From an uncultured virus (IMG/VR IMGVR_UViG_3300013004_000029) (lineage: Duplodnaviria > Heunggongvirae > Uroviricota > Caudoviricetes): DNA of 64,000 bases. The DNA is taken from IMG/VR virus record IMGVR_UViG_3300013004_000029. One strand, written 5' to 3'. This document shows positions 18,095 through 27,470 of this stretch, piece by piece (the first letter of the stretch is position 1; every line of letters begins with the position of its first letter). The position numbers and the translations under genes are program-made. A model generated the notes under the pieces. The model did no database searches. It had not been told where the DNA came from and saw only the letters and a list, made by a program, of their open reading frames with translations.

Positions 18095-19223
18095 TCAGCA
18101 AAAACTAAAGGTTGTTTGTGATCAAACATGTGATAACATAGAAGAGTTACTAACAGCCTTAGACATTCCTGATTATAAAATGTCAAATAAAATGATAACC
18201 ATGTCTTGCCCTATACATGGTGGAGATAATGCTTCGGCTATAAATATTTATCATACTGGAGACTATTACAGAGGTAATTGGAAATGTCGCACACACAATT
18301 GTGATGACATTTTTAAAAGTTCTATTATAGGTTTTGTCAGAGGGGTTTTATCTAGAACCAAATATGGCTGGACACAGAATGGTGATCCGACTGCATCCTT
18401 TCAAGAAGCGGTAGATTTTTGTCTATCATTATTGAACAAATCTATAAAAGATATCAAGATATCCAGATCTGATACTGAAAAAACAACATTTGCTAGAATA
18501 GTAGAGAATGTCAAGCAGTCAACAACATCTGCTAATCCATTGTCTAAAATTACCAAAGCACAAGTTAGACAATCATTACAGATACCGGCTAACTATTATC
18601 TTTCAAGAGGATATACTAAAGAAGTATTAAACAAATATGATGTTGGACTTTGTGATAATCCAAAGAAAGAGATGCACAATAGGATTGTTGTTCCAGTATA
18701 TTCAATTGATGGGAAATACATTATAGGCTGTACTGGTAGGAGTATATTTAATTCATGTTCAAAGTGTAAAAATTACCACAATCCAGATGATTCTTGTCCA
18801 AGTAAAGAAGATGCTTGGAAATATTGTAAGTGGAAGCATAATTTTGGGTTTAAGTCACAAGAGCATTTGTACAACTTCTGGTTTGCAAAAGACCATATTC
18901 AGAAAACCAAAAACATTATTCTTGTTGAAAGTCCTGGAAATGTTTGGAGACTAGAAGAAGCAGGAATTCATAATAGTGTAGCAATATTTGGTTCATCCAT
19001 GAGCGACAAGCAAAAACTTTTGATTGATTCATCCGGAGCCATGAATATTATACTACTCATGGACAACGATGATGCTGGTCAAAAGGCATGTAAACAAATC
19101 ACAGAGAAGTGTAAAAAAATATATCGTATATATTCTCCAACATTTGATGGGCCTGATGTTGGTGAATTATCTGTAGACGAAATCAAAAACAGTATTATTC
19201 CACAAATATCGAGTATCAAATGA
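18060..19223 (+). CDS. dnaG: DnaG-type primase (CHC2 zinc finger plus TOPRIM)
   Basis: CPIHGGDN...WKCRTHNC, RIVVP, GCTGR, LVESPGNVW, MDNDDAG. Confidence 0.9.
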   Translation: MKTMTQKFHSYNQQKLKVVCDQTCDNIEELLTALDIPDYKMSNKMITMSCPIHGGDNASAINIYHTGDYYRGNWKCRTHNCDDIFKSSIIGFVRGVLSRTKYGWTQNGDPTASFQEAVDFCLSLLNKSIKDIKISRSDTEKTTFARIVENVKQSTTSANPLSKITKAQVRQSLQIPANYYLSRGYTKEVLNKYDVGLCDNPKKEMHNRIVVPVYSIDGKYIIGCTGRSIFNSCSKCKNYHNPDDSCPSKEDAWKYCKWKHNFGFKSQEHLYNFWFAKDHIQKTKNIILVESPGNVWRLEEAGIHNSVAIFGSSMSDKQKLLIDSSGAMNIILLMDNDDAGQKACKQITEKCKKIYRIYSPTFDGPDVGELSVDEIKNSIIPQISSIK

Positions 19224-19858
19224 TAATAGCCATGGCAGGTAGGAAACAGTCCGGTAAAAGTACGGCCTGTGATTATATTCAACTTTTAGTTAAGCAACAT
19301 TATCCTAATTTATCTTGTAAGGTATATAGCTTTGCAGACCCTCTGAAACAGGATATATGTATTAATATACTAGGATTAACTTATGAGCAGTGTTATGGTA
19401 GTGATGACGATAAAAATACCCTTACATCACTAAGATGGAAAGATATGCCGGGCTATGATATTACATGGACTTGGAATAATGAATATCATGACAGTGGATT
19501 TATGACAGCTAGACAAGTAATGGAATTTGTAGGAACTGGTATATTTAGACAAATAAAAAGAGATGTTTGGTCAGCTGCAACTATTCATAAGATAAAATCT
19601 GAAAACATAGATATAGCGCTTGTTGCAGATTGCAGATTTCCAAACGAAGTAGAGGCCATCCAAAATAGTGGTGGGTTAGTAATACGACTTACAAAAGATC
19701 CGTTCAAATCGAACTCAGAGAGTGAGTCTGCATTAGACCAGTGTTTTTTCGACTGGTCCAAGTTTGATTTTGTTTTGGATAATACATCTATGACAATAGA
19801 AGAAAAAAATGATACCATACAGAAATTTCTAAATAATAAAGGAATACTACAATTATAA
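19220..19858 (+). CDS. Deoxynucleoside monophosphate kinase
   Basis: AGRKQSGKSTA, SFADPLK, TARQVMEFVGT, DCRFPNE. Confidence 0.85.
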   Translation: MIIAMAGRKQSGKSTACDYIQLLVKQHYPNLSCKVYSFADPLKQDICINILGLTYEQCYGSDDDKNTLTSLRWKDMPGYDITWTWNNEYHDSGFMTARQVMEFVGTGIFRQIKRDVWSAATIHKIKSENIDIALVADCRFPNEVEAIQNSGGLVIRLTKDPFKSNSESESALDQCFFDWSKFDFVLDNTSMTIEEKNDTIQKFLNNKGILQL

Positions 19859-20895
19859 TTACATACTTTAGGAGTTCGTCCTATAACACACATTCAATGT
19901 GTGAACAACAATACTTTTTTGAATATGTTTTAGGCTATAGGGGTCCTAGTAACCAAAAAGCCGACAAAGGAACCATAGTACATAAAGTACTCGAAATATT
20001 GGCTTTAATAAAACATAATGAACAAAAAAAGATCAGTGTATTTGAAGACGATGTTGTAGGATCTGTCGATATCAATCAGTATAATCTTGATGTGATTACC
20101 AAAGATGTATATGATTACTATACCAGTAAATTTAATCATCACAAGTGGACAGAAAAAGATTTCTCAGACTGTAAACTATGGGTAAATAAAGCCATTTCTT
20201 ATAATAATGGTATGTTTGATCCAAGAAACAGACACATAGTTTGTCCCGAACAACATTTTGATATAGTTATAGACAAGCCTTGGGCTAAATATAAGTATAA
20301 TACATCTGATGGTATCTTAGAAGGCGATCTGGCCATAAAGGGTACAATAGATCTTATCACTCAGATTGATAAAAATACTTTTGAGATAGTAGACTGGAAA
20401 ACAGGCAGAAGATTGAACTGGGCAACCGGTCAAGAAAAGACACAAGAAAAACTTGAGGATGATCCACAGCTTAGAATTTATCACTATGCTGTTCAAAAAC
20501 TATATCCTCATATAGATAATATTATGGTGACAATATTTTTTATCAATGACGGTGGAGCTTTTAGTGTTTATTTTGATAAATCTGATTTACCAAAAACAGA
20601 AGCTATGCTTAGGGATAAATTTGAAATTATCAAGAAAACAAGAAAACCAAGATTAAACAAAAGCTGGATGTGTAGTAAATTATGTCACTATGGTAAAACT
20701 ACTTTCGAAAATTCTCAAATACTACCAGTAATAGAATACAGAGATAATCAAACTTGTCAAAAAGATAGTTTTATGACCAAGTGTGAACAAGTTAAGCACG
20801 ACATCGAATTAAAGGGCATAGATGCGGTGGTTGACGAATACACCGTTCCGGGATATGCTGTTGGTAAGTACAAAGCACCAGGAAGCGTTGAATGA
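19852..20895 (+). CDS. PD-(D/E)xK Cas4/AddB-like exonuclease with probable 4Fe-4S staple; probable ATT start
   Basis: RSSSYNTHSMCEQQYF, KGTIVHKVLE, GTIDL, IVDWKTG, QLRIY, WMCSKLC...KC; frame open from 19840 with AAAGGA SD before ATT19852. Confidence 0.85.
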   Translation: MIITYFRSSSYNTHSMCEQQYFFEYVLGYRGPSNQKADKGTIVHKVLEILALIKHNEQKKISVFEDDVVGSVDINQYNLDVITKDVYDYYTSKFNHHKWTEKDFSDCKLWVNKAISYNNGMFDPRNRHIVCPEQHFDIVIDKPWAKYKYNTSDGILEGDLAIKGTIDLITQIDKNTFEIVDWKTGRRLNWATGQEKTQEKLEDDPQLRIYHYAVQKLYPHIDNIMVTIFFINDGGAFSVYFDKSDLPKTEAMLRDKFEIIKKTRKPRLNKSWMCSKLCHYGKTTFENSQILPVIEYRDNQTCQKDSFMTKCEQVKHDIELKGIDAVVDEYTVPGYAVGKYKAPGSVE

Positions 20896-22781
20896 AAAAT
20901 TATATACCATTACATGTACATTCGCACTACAGCCTATTGGATGGACTAAGTAAACCAAATCAGATAGCTGAGAGATGTAAAAAAATAGGAGTATCCTCTT
21001 GTGCCTTAACTGATCACGGCAATATTGCTGGTGCCGTCCAGTTTCATAATACTCTCAAGAAATCTGGAATCAAACCAATCTTGGGGTGCGAACTCTATAT
21101 ATCAGATAGTCACCCATCTGTTAAAGACAAAGAATCTTCTACACACCATTTTTTGGTTCTGGCAAAAAATTTAAAGGGTTGGCAACAACTTATTAAAATT
21201 ATTTCGGAATCAAATAGAGAAGATTATTTTTATCGAAAACCAAGACTTAGTATAGAAACACTATCAGAGTTCTTGGACGGTAATCTTGTAGGATTCTGTG
21301 GACACTTAGGGTCATATATAGCCAACCATATTTTAGAAAACGATAAAATTGATCCAGGCTGGTATTCTATCGCAGAACAAAAAATCTCTGTTCTGAAGAA
21401 TGCTTTTGGAAAAGATAATTTTTTTCTTGAGGCCCAATTAATGGATCAAATACATAACCCGGTCCAGAAAACATTAACCGATTGTATTAGGGAACTGGGT
21501 AAAAAAACTAATACTAAAGTGATATGCACACCAGACGCACATTACTCTGAAAAAGATGACGCTATAGATCAACGAATATTATTATGCAATAATCTAAAGA
21601 CAACATTTACAGACATTAACAGGAAAATAGTCAACCATGAATCTGTTCCAATGTCTACATTTTTCATTTCAGATAATTATTATATATTGTCTCCAGAAGA
21701 AATGTCGTCTATTCATACCTCAGAAGAGATAGAGAATACTAATCTAGTAGATAGTATGTGTGAAGATTATGATATATCTCATAGACCAATGTTGCCTCCA
21801 TTTGAATGCGAAGGTAATGATCCAGATGAATTTCTTAGACAACTATGTAGAAACGGCTGGAGGGATAAAATCGCCAATGTTATAGATAAGGATAAGCAAG
21901 GCGAATACACAGATAGAATCAAATACGAACTCTCTGTTTTACAGGGTGCTGGTCTGTCTAGCTACTTTTTAATAGTGTCCGATATAGTGAATTTTGTGAG
22001 GAATAAGGGGTGGTTACCCGGTCCCGGTCGTGGTTCGGCAGCAGGATGTCTGGTTTCATATCTCATAGGTATAACCAGTATTGATCCATTAAAATATAAT
22101 CTGATCTTTGAAAGATTTTATAATGCTGGTAGAAATACTAAAGATAGAATTTCGATGCCAGATATTGATGTTGACGTCCCTATTAATAAGAGAGAGGATG
22201 TTATCAACTACATTAAGAATAGATATGGTGTTGAAAATGTTTCGCAAATGATCACTTTCAATACTCTTAAGGGTAGGGGTGCTCTAAAAGATGTTCTCCG
22301 AGTGTATGGCGATATAAGTTTTGACGAAATGAATTCAATTACAAAAAATATACCAGACGAAGCCAAAATAGCTGACGAACTTCAAGAAATGAAAGAGGAA
22401 TACGGAGAAGCGTCGATAATCCAGTGGGCCTTAGAAAATAATGTTGACAAACTGAAGAATTGGTGTTATATTAATGAGGATGGCTCTCTGTCTGGCCCTC
22501 TAGCAAAAAGGTTTGAACAAGCCATTAGGCTAGAAGGGACAAAAGTGAATCAGTCCAAACATGCTGCTGGTATTGTTATATCGGATCAAAGACTAGGGAG
22601 TATTTGTCCTATGGTCTATGATACTAAAAATAAACAACAAATAGCTGGCATGGAAATGCAAGATTTGGAAACATTGGGTATAATCAAATTCGATATTTTG
22701 GGCGTAGCAATGTTAGATAAAGTAATGACAGTAAGCACACTATTGAAAAATGGAGGTAGTTATGAACAAACTATTTTCTGA
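20892..22781 (+). CDS. dnaE: DNA polymerase III alpha, N-terminal half (PHP, palm, thumb)
   Basis: LHVHSHYSLLDG, TDHGN, GCE, DAHY, GPGRGSAAG, FERF, PDIDVD, SKHAAG, KFDILG; ends shortly after KFD. Confidence 0.93.
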   Translation: MKNYIPLHVHSHYSLLDGLSKPNQIAERCKKIGVSSCALTDHGNIAGAVQFHNTLKKSGIKPILGCELYISDSHPSVKDKESSTHHFLVLAKNLKGWQQLIKIISESNREDYFYRKPRLSIETLSEFLDGNLVGFCGHLGSYIANHILENDKIDPGWYSIAEQKISVLKNAFGKDNFFLEAQLMDQIHNPVQKTLTDCIRELGKKTNTKVICTPDAHYSEKDDAIDQRILLCNNLKTTFTDINRKIVNHESVPMSTFFISDNYYILSPEEMSSIHTSEEIENTNLVDSMCEDYDISHRPMLPPFECEGNDPDEFLRQLCRNGWRDKIANVIDKDKQGEYTDRIKYELSVLQGAGLSSYFLIVSDIVNFVRNKGWLPGPGRGSAAGCLVSYLIGITSIDPLKYNLIFERFYNAGRNTKDRISMPDIDVDVPINKREDVINYIKNRYGVENVSQMITFNTLKGRGALKDVLRVYGDISFDEMNSITKNIPDEAKIADELQEMKEEYGEASIIQWALENNVDKLKNWCYINEDGSLSGPLAKRFEQAIRLEGTKVNQSKHAAGIVISDQRLGSICPMVYDTKNKQQIAGMEMQDLETLGIIKFDILGVAMLDKVMTVSTLLKNGGSYEQTIF

Positions 22782-22947
22782 ACTAGGTGTTGGTCAAGAG
22801 TTTAAAGTACCAGGATCAGACACCACATACAGAAAGATAGAGTTAATTAAGGTTAGTTGCTGCAAATCTTATAATGCAGAGGATACGGCTAACACAGGCA
22901 ATAAGACTTTTTTCGCACCAGGAACAGCAGTGGTAATTAATGGCTAA
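22762..22947 (+). CDS. Small hypothetical protein (SCC motif)
   Basis: GGAGG SD before ATG22762; FSELGVGQEF...KVSCCKSYNA. Confidence 0.65.
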   Translation: MNKLFSELGVGQEFKVPGSDTTYRKIELIKVSCCKSYNAEDTANTGNKTFFAPGTAVVING

Positions 22948-23641
22948 TAATCAAAAAATTTGTGTCTTCGACCTTGAGACAGATGGCAAGGATCCGAATG
23001 TTTGTAGTCCTGTACAAATAGCTGCTATTATCGTAGATCCATTTAAATTAGAAATCATACCAGATTCCGAATTTAATATCAATCTAAGACCAGATGCTCT
23101 GGAAAAAAATAGTAGCTATGCGTATGAGGATTCTGATGTTTTAGATTTTCATGCTAAGGTTAGAGGATCATCCAAAGATGATATTCTTAATTCTTGGAAA
23201 TCTTTTCCAAAACAGGAGGCGGGATGGAAGATGTTTACATCTTATTTAGAGATGTATCATATTCGTTCAGAAAGAAAATCCTGCTTTACTGCACCGATAG
23301 CAGCGGGCTACAATATCAATAGGTTTGACTTAAAGATTGTTCAAAATCTAAGCACTAAATATAAAAACTTGAATAAAGAAGGGAATTCTTCTCTTTTTTA
23401 TCCAAGAGATGTTATAGATATCATGAATCTTATATTTTATTGGTTTGAAGGATCTAAAGAACTTAAAAGCTATACTCTAGATGATGTAAGAGATTATCTT
23501 GGTATTAGTAAAGAGGGTGCTCATGATGCTTTGAAAGATGTAAAAGACACTGCTGAAATTCTAATTCGATTTTTGAAACTGCATAGGAAATTAGCATCCA
23601 AAGTAAAATTTAGGAATTCTTTTAATATAGCAAACATATAA
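22940..23641 (+). CDS. dnaQ: DEDDh 3'-5' exonuclease (DnaQ/epsilon-like)
   Basis: VFDLETDG, AGYNINRFD, AHDALKDV. Confidence 0.88.
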   Translation: MANNQKICVFDLETDGKDPNVCSPVQIAAIIVDPFKLEIIPDSEFNINLRPDALEKNSSYAYEDSDVLDFHAKVRGSSKDDILNSWKSFPKQEAGWKMFTSYLEMYHIRSERKSCFTAPIAAGYNINRFDLKIVQNLSTKYKNLNKEGNSSLFYPRDVIDIMNLIFYWFEGSKELKSYTLDDVRDYLGISKEGAHDALKDVKDTAEILIRFLKLHRKLASKVKFRNSFNIANI

Positions 23642-23644
23642 AGT

Positions 23645-25261
23645 ATGGAATATTATACATTTGATTGTGGTTGTCGATTCCCTATTATCGACAAATCCAC
23701 TGATGGTATGCCAAAAATTGATTTTTCAATTAATATGGATGCCATAAATTTTGAATGCAGTAGAACTTGGGAAATGTTGTCTTCTGGCAATACCAAAGGA
23801 TGTTTTCAGCTAGAATCACGCCTAGGGCAAAGCATGGCCAGAAAACTCAAACCCTCAAATATAGAAGAACTTTCTGCTCTTATTAGTATTATGAGACCGG
23901 GATGTTTGGAAGCTATTAGAGATGGTAAAACTGTTAGTAATCACTTTATAGATAAAAAGAATGGCCAAGAATCTATAGACTATTTTAATCCAGCCCTAGA
24001 GCCAATTCTTAAGACCACCTTCGGAGAGATGGTATATCAAGAACAGGCTATGGAAATAGCTCAGAAAATTGCTGGTTTTGATCTTCAAGAAGCTGATCAG
24101 TTAAGAAAAGCTATTGGTAAGAAAAAACCAGAAGAGATGGCAAAACTTAAGAAGATATTTATAGAGGGGTGCAAAAAAACTAATTTAGCATCAGAAAATG
24201 AAGCTGAACAAATTTTTAGTTGGATTGAAAAATCTCAACGATACTCATTTAATAAATCTCACGCCGTAAGCTATGCTATTAACGCATATTTATCAGCATA
24301 TAGTAAAGCACACTTCCCTAAGATTTTCTTTGCTTCGTATCTCAAATATGCAAAAGATAAAATAGACCCCCAGCAAGAAATCAAAGAGTTGGTGAAAAAT
24401 GCCACAGATATGGATATAGAAATCTGTGTACCAGATTATAGATTGTTGAATCAATTTTTTGTAATCCATAACAACAAAATACACTTTGGTCTTACAGACA
24501 TAAAGGGTGTGGGCGACTCGGTTTATAAAAAGATTGTGGATCTATCTAAAAATTTAGACATACAGCATCTTACATGGTCAGAAATACTGCTTAATCTATT
24601 AGTAAATATCAATTCTACCGCTGCAAAAGCTTTGATATGTAGTGGGGCATTCAGTTATATTACTAAAACTAGAACCTCTATGCTTTTTGAATACGAGATT
24701 ATGAGTGAGCTAACAAGCAAAGAGATAGAATATTTAAGATCAATTGATGTCTCTCAGTTCAATACTTTACAGCTAATGAATATTTTGGTCAAGAAACCAA
24801 AACTAACTCAAAATCGTAAAAATATATTACAAGGTTTAATTTCTTCTCTTATCAAGCCTCCATTTTCTTTGGATGACAAAATAGAGTGGGTCTGTGATAA
24901 TGAAAGCAACCTGCTCGGAATAAATCTAACCTATTCAAAAGTAGATTCATACGATATAAGTATGACTAATACAACATGTAAAGAGTTCAAAGATTCCGAC
25001 AGAAAAAATATTATTGTCGCTGGTGAAATTGATAATGTTAATGTGATTAAGATTAAGAATGGGAAAAATAAGGGTAATGAAATGGCATTTGTTAGTATAA
25101 CCGATAGCACCGGCTATATAGACTCTGTTATATTTTTTACAGAACAGCTATCGTTATACAGAAATCAGCTATTTGATGGAAACATTCTGATTTTTAAAGG
25201 AGCCAAGTCCTTCAAGAAAAGCGACTTGATCGTAGAAAAATGTTATGTACCTATGGCTTGA
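23645..25261 (+). CDS. dnaE: DNA polymerase III alpha, C-terminal half (fingers, HhH, OB)
   Basis: TKGCFQLES, MRPG, MVYQEQ, ADQLRKAIGKKK, YSFNKSHA, FGLTDIKGVG, MAFVSITDSTG. Confidence 0.93.
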   Translation: MEYYTFDCGCRFPIIDKSTDGMPKIDFSINMDAINFECSRTWEMLSSGNTKGCFQLESRLGQSMARKLKPSNIEELSALISIMRPGCLEAIRDGKTVSNHFIDKKNGQESIDYFNPALEPILKTTFGEMVYQEQAMEIAQKIAGFDLQEADQLRKAIGKKKPEEMAKLKKIFIEGCKKTNLASENEAEQIFSWIEKSQRYSFNKSHAVSYAINAYLSAYSKAHFPKIFFASYLKYAKDKIDPQQEIKELVKNATDMDIEICVPDYRLLNQFFVIHNNKIHFGLTDIKGVGDSVYKKIVDLSKNLDIQHLTWSEILLNLLVNINSTAAKALICSGAFSYITKTRTSMLFEYEIMSELTSKEIEYLRSIDVSQFNTLQLMNILVKKPKLTQNRKNILQGLISSLIKPPFSLDDKIEWVCDNESNLLGINLTYSKVDSYDISMTNTTCKEFKDSDRKNIIVAGEIDNVNVIKIKNGKNKGNEMAFVSITDSTGYIDSVIFFTEQLSLYRNQLFDGNILIFKGAKSFKKSDLIVEKCYVPMA

Positions 25262-25285
25262 CTCGGTGTCAGCCATTTGTATAAT
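25258..25285 (+). promoter_or_regulatory. Sigma70-like promoter for ssb
   Basis: TTGACT(25258-63), 16 nt, TATAAT(25280-85). Confidence 0.6.
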
Positions 25286-25331
25286 ACTGTAGTGTTGGGA
25301 CATTTGGTTTTTAAACAAGGAGTTCAAAACG

Positions 25332-25706
25332 ATGAATATTGTTATTATTCGTGGAAATTTAGCAAGAGATCCGGAACTAAGGTCGATCAGCAGTAATGGT
25401 AAGGAAACTTCAGTTGTTAACTTTACTGTTGCGACTTCTAGAGAATATACCAAGGCAAATGGATCAAAGGATAAGATTACGTCTTTTATTCCTTGCGAAG
25501 CATGGGATACTGGAGCGGAGATTATCGGCAAGTCCTTTAAGAAGGGCGATCTAGTTCTAGTAGAAGGTTCTATTAGAAATGATTCTTGGGAAAAGGATGG
25601 TGTTAAGCATTCATCTCTAAAGATTCGCGTAAATAATTTCTCTAAGATTACTAAGCTGTCTTCAAAGAAGAGCGAGTCAAAGGAAGAAGAATCGGTAGCT
25701 TTCTAA
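25332..25706 (+). CDS. ssb: Single-stranded DNA-binding protein
   Basis: MNIVIIRGNLARDPELR, NFTVAT, CEAW, KGDLVLVEGSI; AAGGAG SD. Confidence 0.93.
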   Translation: MNIVIIRGNLARDPELRSISSNGKETSVVNFTVATSREYTKANGSKDKITSFIPCEAWDTGAEIIGKSFKKGDLVLVEGSIRNDSWEKDGVKHSSLKIRVNNFSKITKLSSKKSESKEEESVAF

Positions 25707-25732
25707 TAAACTAGGAATAGTGTGTTTGAAAG

Positions 25733-25762
25733 AGGGCTATGCTAATAACATAGCCCTTTTTC
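25733..25762 (+). terminator. Rho-independent terminator after ssb
   Basis: AGGGCTATG-ctaataa-CATAGCCCT followed by a T run. Confidence 0.85.
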
Positions 25763-25781
25763 ATATATATATCAACAAATA

Positions 25782-27470
25782 ATGAATACAAAACAGCGGC
25801 TGAAAATTTTGTTATGTAATGAAGCTAGTTTTTTAAGTACCGGATATTCTGTATACGGAAAAGAACTATTAAGTAGACTACATTCAAATCCACTATTTCA
25901 TGTGGCAGAATTGGCTTGCTATGGTTTTGTCAATGATCCTAGAGATAAAGACATATCCTGGAGATACTATGCTAATGCTGTTAAAAGCAACGATAGTAGA
26001 TTTCAAGAATACTCTGCTAATGCAGAAAATGCATTTGGTAGATGGAGATTTGAAAAAACTCTTTTAGATTTTCAGCCAGATGTAGTTATTGATATCAGAG
26101 ATTATTGGATGAATTCCTATCAAGCATTCTCTCCTATGAGGAAATGTTATCATTGGATGCTTATGCCAACTGTGGATTCATATCCTCAACAAGAGATGTG
26201 GCTTGATACTTATTCTGGTGCTGATTCTATTTTTACATACTCTGATTGGGCTAGAGATATTTTGTTACAACAAACAAATAATACAATCAACTATGTAGAT
26301 ACAGCTTCTCCGGGTATAGATACTCAAAAATATACAATGCTCGACACTAATGCCTCCAAGGCATCACTATCAATACCTACAGACAGTATTGTTCTTGGCT
26401 CTGTAATGAGAAATCAAAAAAGAAAATTAATACCAGAATTAATTAAATCGTTTAGATTACTGGTTGATAGACTTGAAAAAGAACAGTCTCCTTTTGCAAA
26501 CAAGGTATTCTTGTATTTACATACTGGTTATCCAGACTATTTGGGCTGGAATATACCGTCTTTATTGAAAGAGAATAGATTATTAAATAAGGTACTATTG
26601 ACATATACGTGCAAAAATTGCAATAAGGTTTTTGCTGATGTCTATAGCGGCTCAACAAGAAATTGCATATATTGTAATAATCATGCTACTTTTCCTTCTG
26701 TTACTGCTGGAGTAACACAGGAGCAGTTAGTTGGTATATACAACGCTTTCGATCTTTATATCCAATATTCTATATGTGAAGGATTTGGTATGCCTCAAGT
26801 TGAAGCTGCTGCTTGTGGTGTTCCGATAGTAACGATTCCATATAGTGCTATGGAGGATATAGTATCCAAGCTCAATGCATATCCGGTTAATATTGCAACA
26901 ATGTTTAAAGAGCTGGAAACAGAAGCATATAGAGCTTATCCAGATAATGACAGTTTAGTTAATATACTTTATGACTATATCCACATACCCAACCCGATGA
27001 AGTTCCAACAGAGAATAAAAACCAGAGAATTATGTATTAAACATTTTAATTGGGAAAATATTATATTGAAATGGGAAAATAGACTCACTAAGCTTTTTGA
27101 ACAAAAACAACAAGATCCTATCAATAAATATGAACAAATAAAGGACTGGAAAATACATTCTCCTCTATCTCTAGAACTTATCAATAGCTCAAAAGATCCT
27201 GACCTAGCCAAGCTACAACATATCTGTACAAATTATTTAAATGGCACCCATACGATAGACTCATACTTTATATTAAATATACTACAAAAGCTGACGCAGG
27301 GTTATCAAAACGATAATCAGAAAGTTGTTCCATACTCATGGAAAGATGCAATTGAATATTTTAATACAATTATTCGTAATAATAATACTATTGTAAGCTT
27401 TATAAAAAATAACAATAAGATTAATGAAGATTTCATAGAATACGCACATATAAAAGAATCACACGCATGA
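25782..27470 (+). CDS. GT-B glycosyltransferase (GT4-like) with zinc-ribbon insertion
   Basis: STGY, RNQKRK, YLHT, IYNAFDLY, EGFGMPQVEAAACGVP (EX7E); CKNC...CIYC. Confidence 0.88.
   Translation: MNTKQRLKILLCNEASFLSTGYSVYGKELLSRLHSNPLFHVAELACYGFVNDPRDKDISWRYYANAVKSNDSRFQEYSANAENAFGRWRFEKTLLDFQPDVVIDIRDYWMNSYQAFSPMRKCYHWMLMPTVDSYPQQEMWLDTYSGADSIFTYSDWARDILLQQTNNTINYVDTASPGIDTQKYTMLDTNASKASLSIPTDSIVLGSVMRNQKRKLIPELIKSFRLLVDRLEKEQSPFANKVFLYLHTGYPDYLGWNIPSLLKENRLLNKVLLTYTCKNCNKVFADVYSGSTRNCIYCNNHATFPSVTAGVTQEQLVGIYNAFDLYIQYSICEGFGMPQVEAAACGVPIVTIPYSAMEDIVSKLNAYPVNIATMFKELETEAYRAYPDNDSLVNILYDYIHIPNPMKFQQRIKTRELCIKHFNWENIILKWENRLTKLFEQKQQDPINKYEQIKDWKIHSPLSLELINSSKDPDLAKLQHICTNYLNGTHTIDSYFILNILQKLTQGYQNDNQKVVPYSWKDAIEYFNTIIRNNNTIVSFIKNNNKINEDFIEYAHIKESHA

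Noticed and set aside
19852..20895. CRISPR-associated cas4
   Set aside because: No array or other cas genes; located in the replication operon as a typical phage PD-(D/E)xK nuclease
22700..23760. Split intein or group I intron joining the dnaE halves
   Set aside because: No intein N-terminal block after the break, no HN-C/S/T junction, and the gap is filled by two ordinary genes
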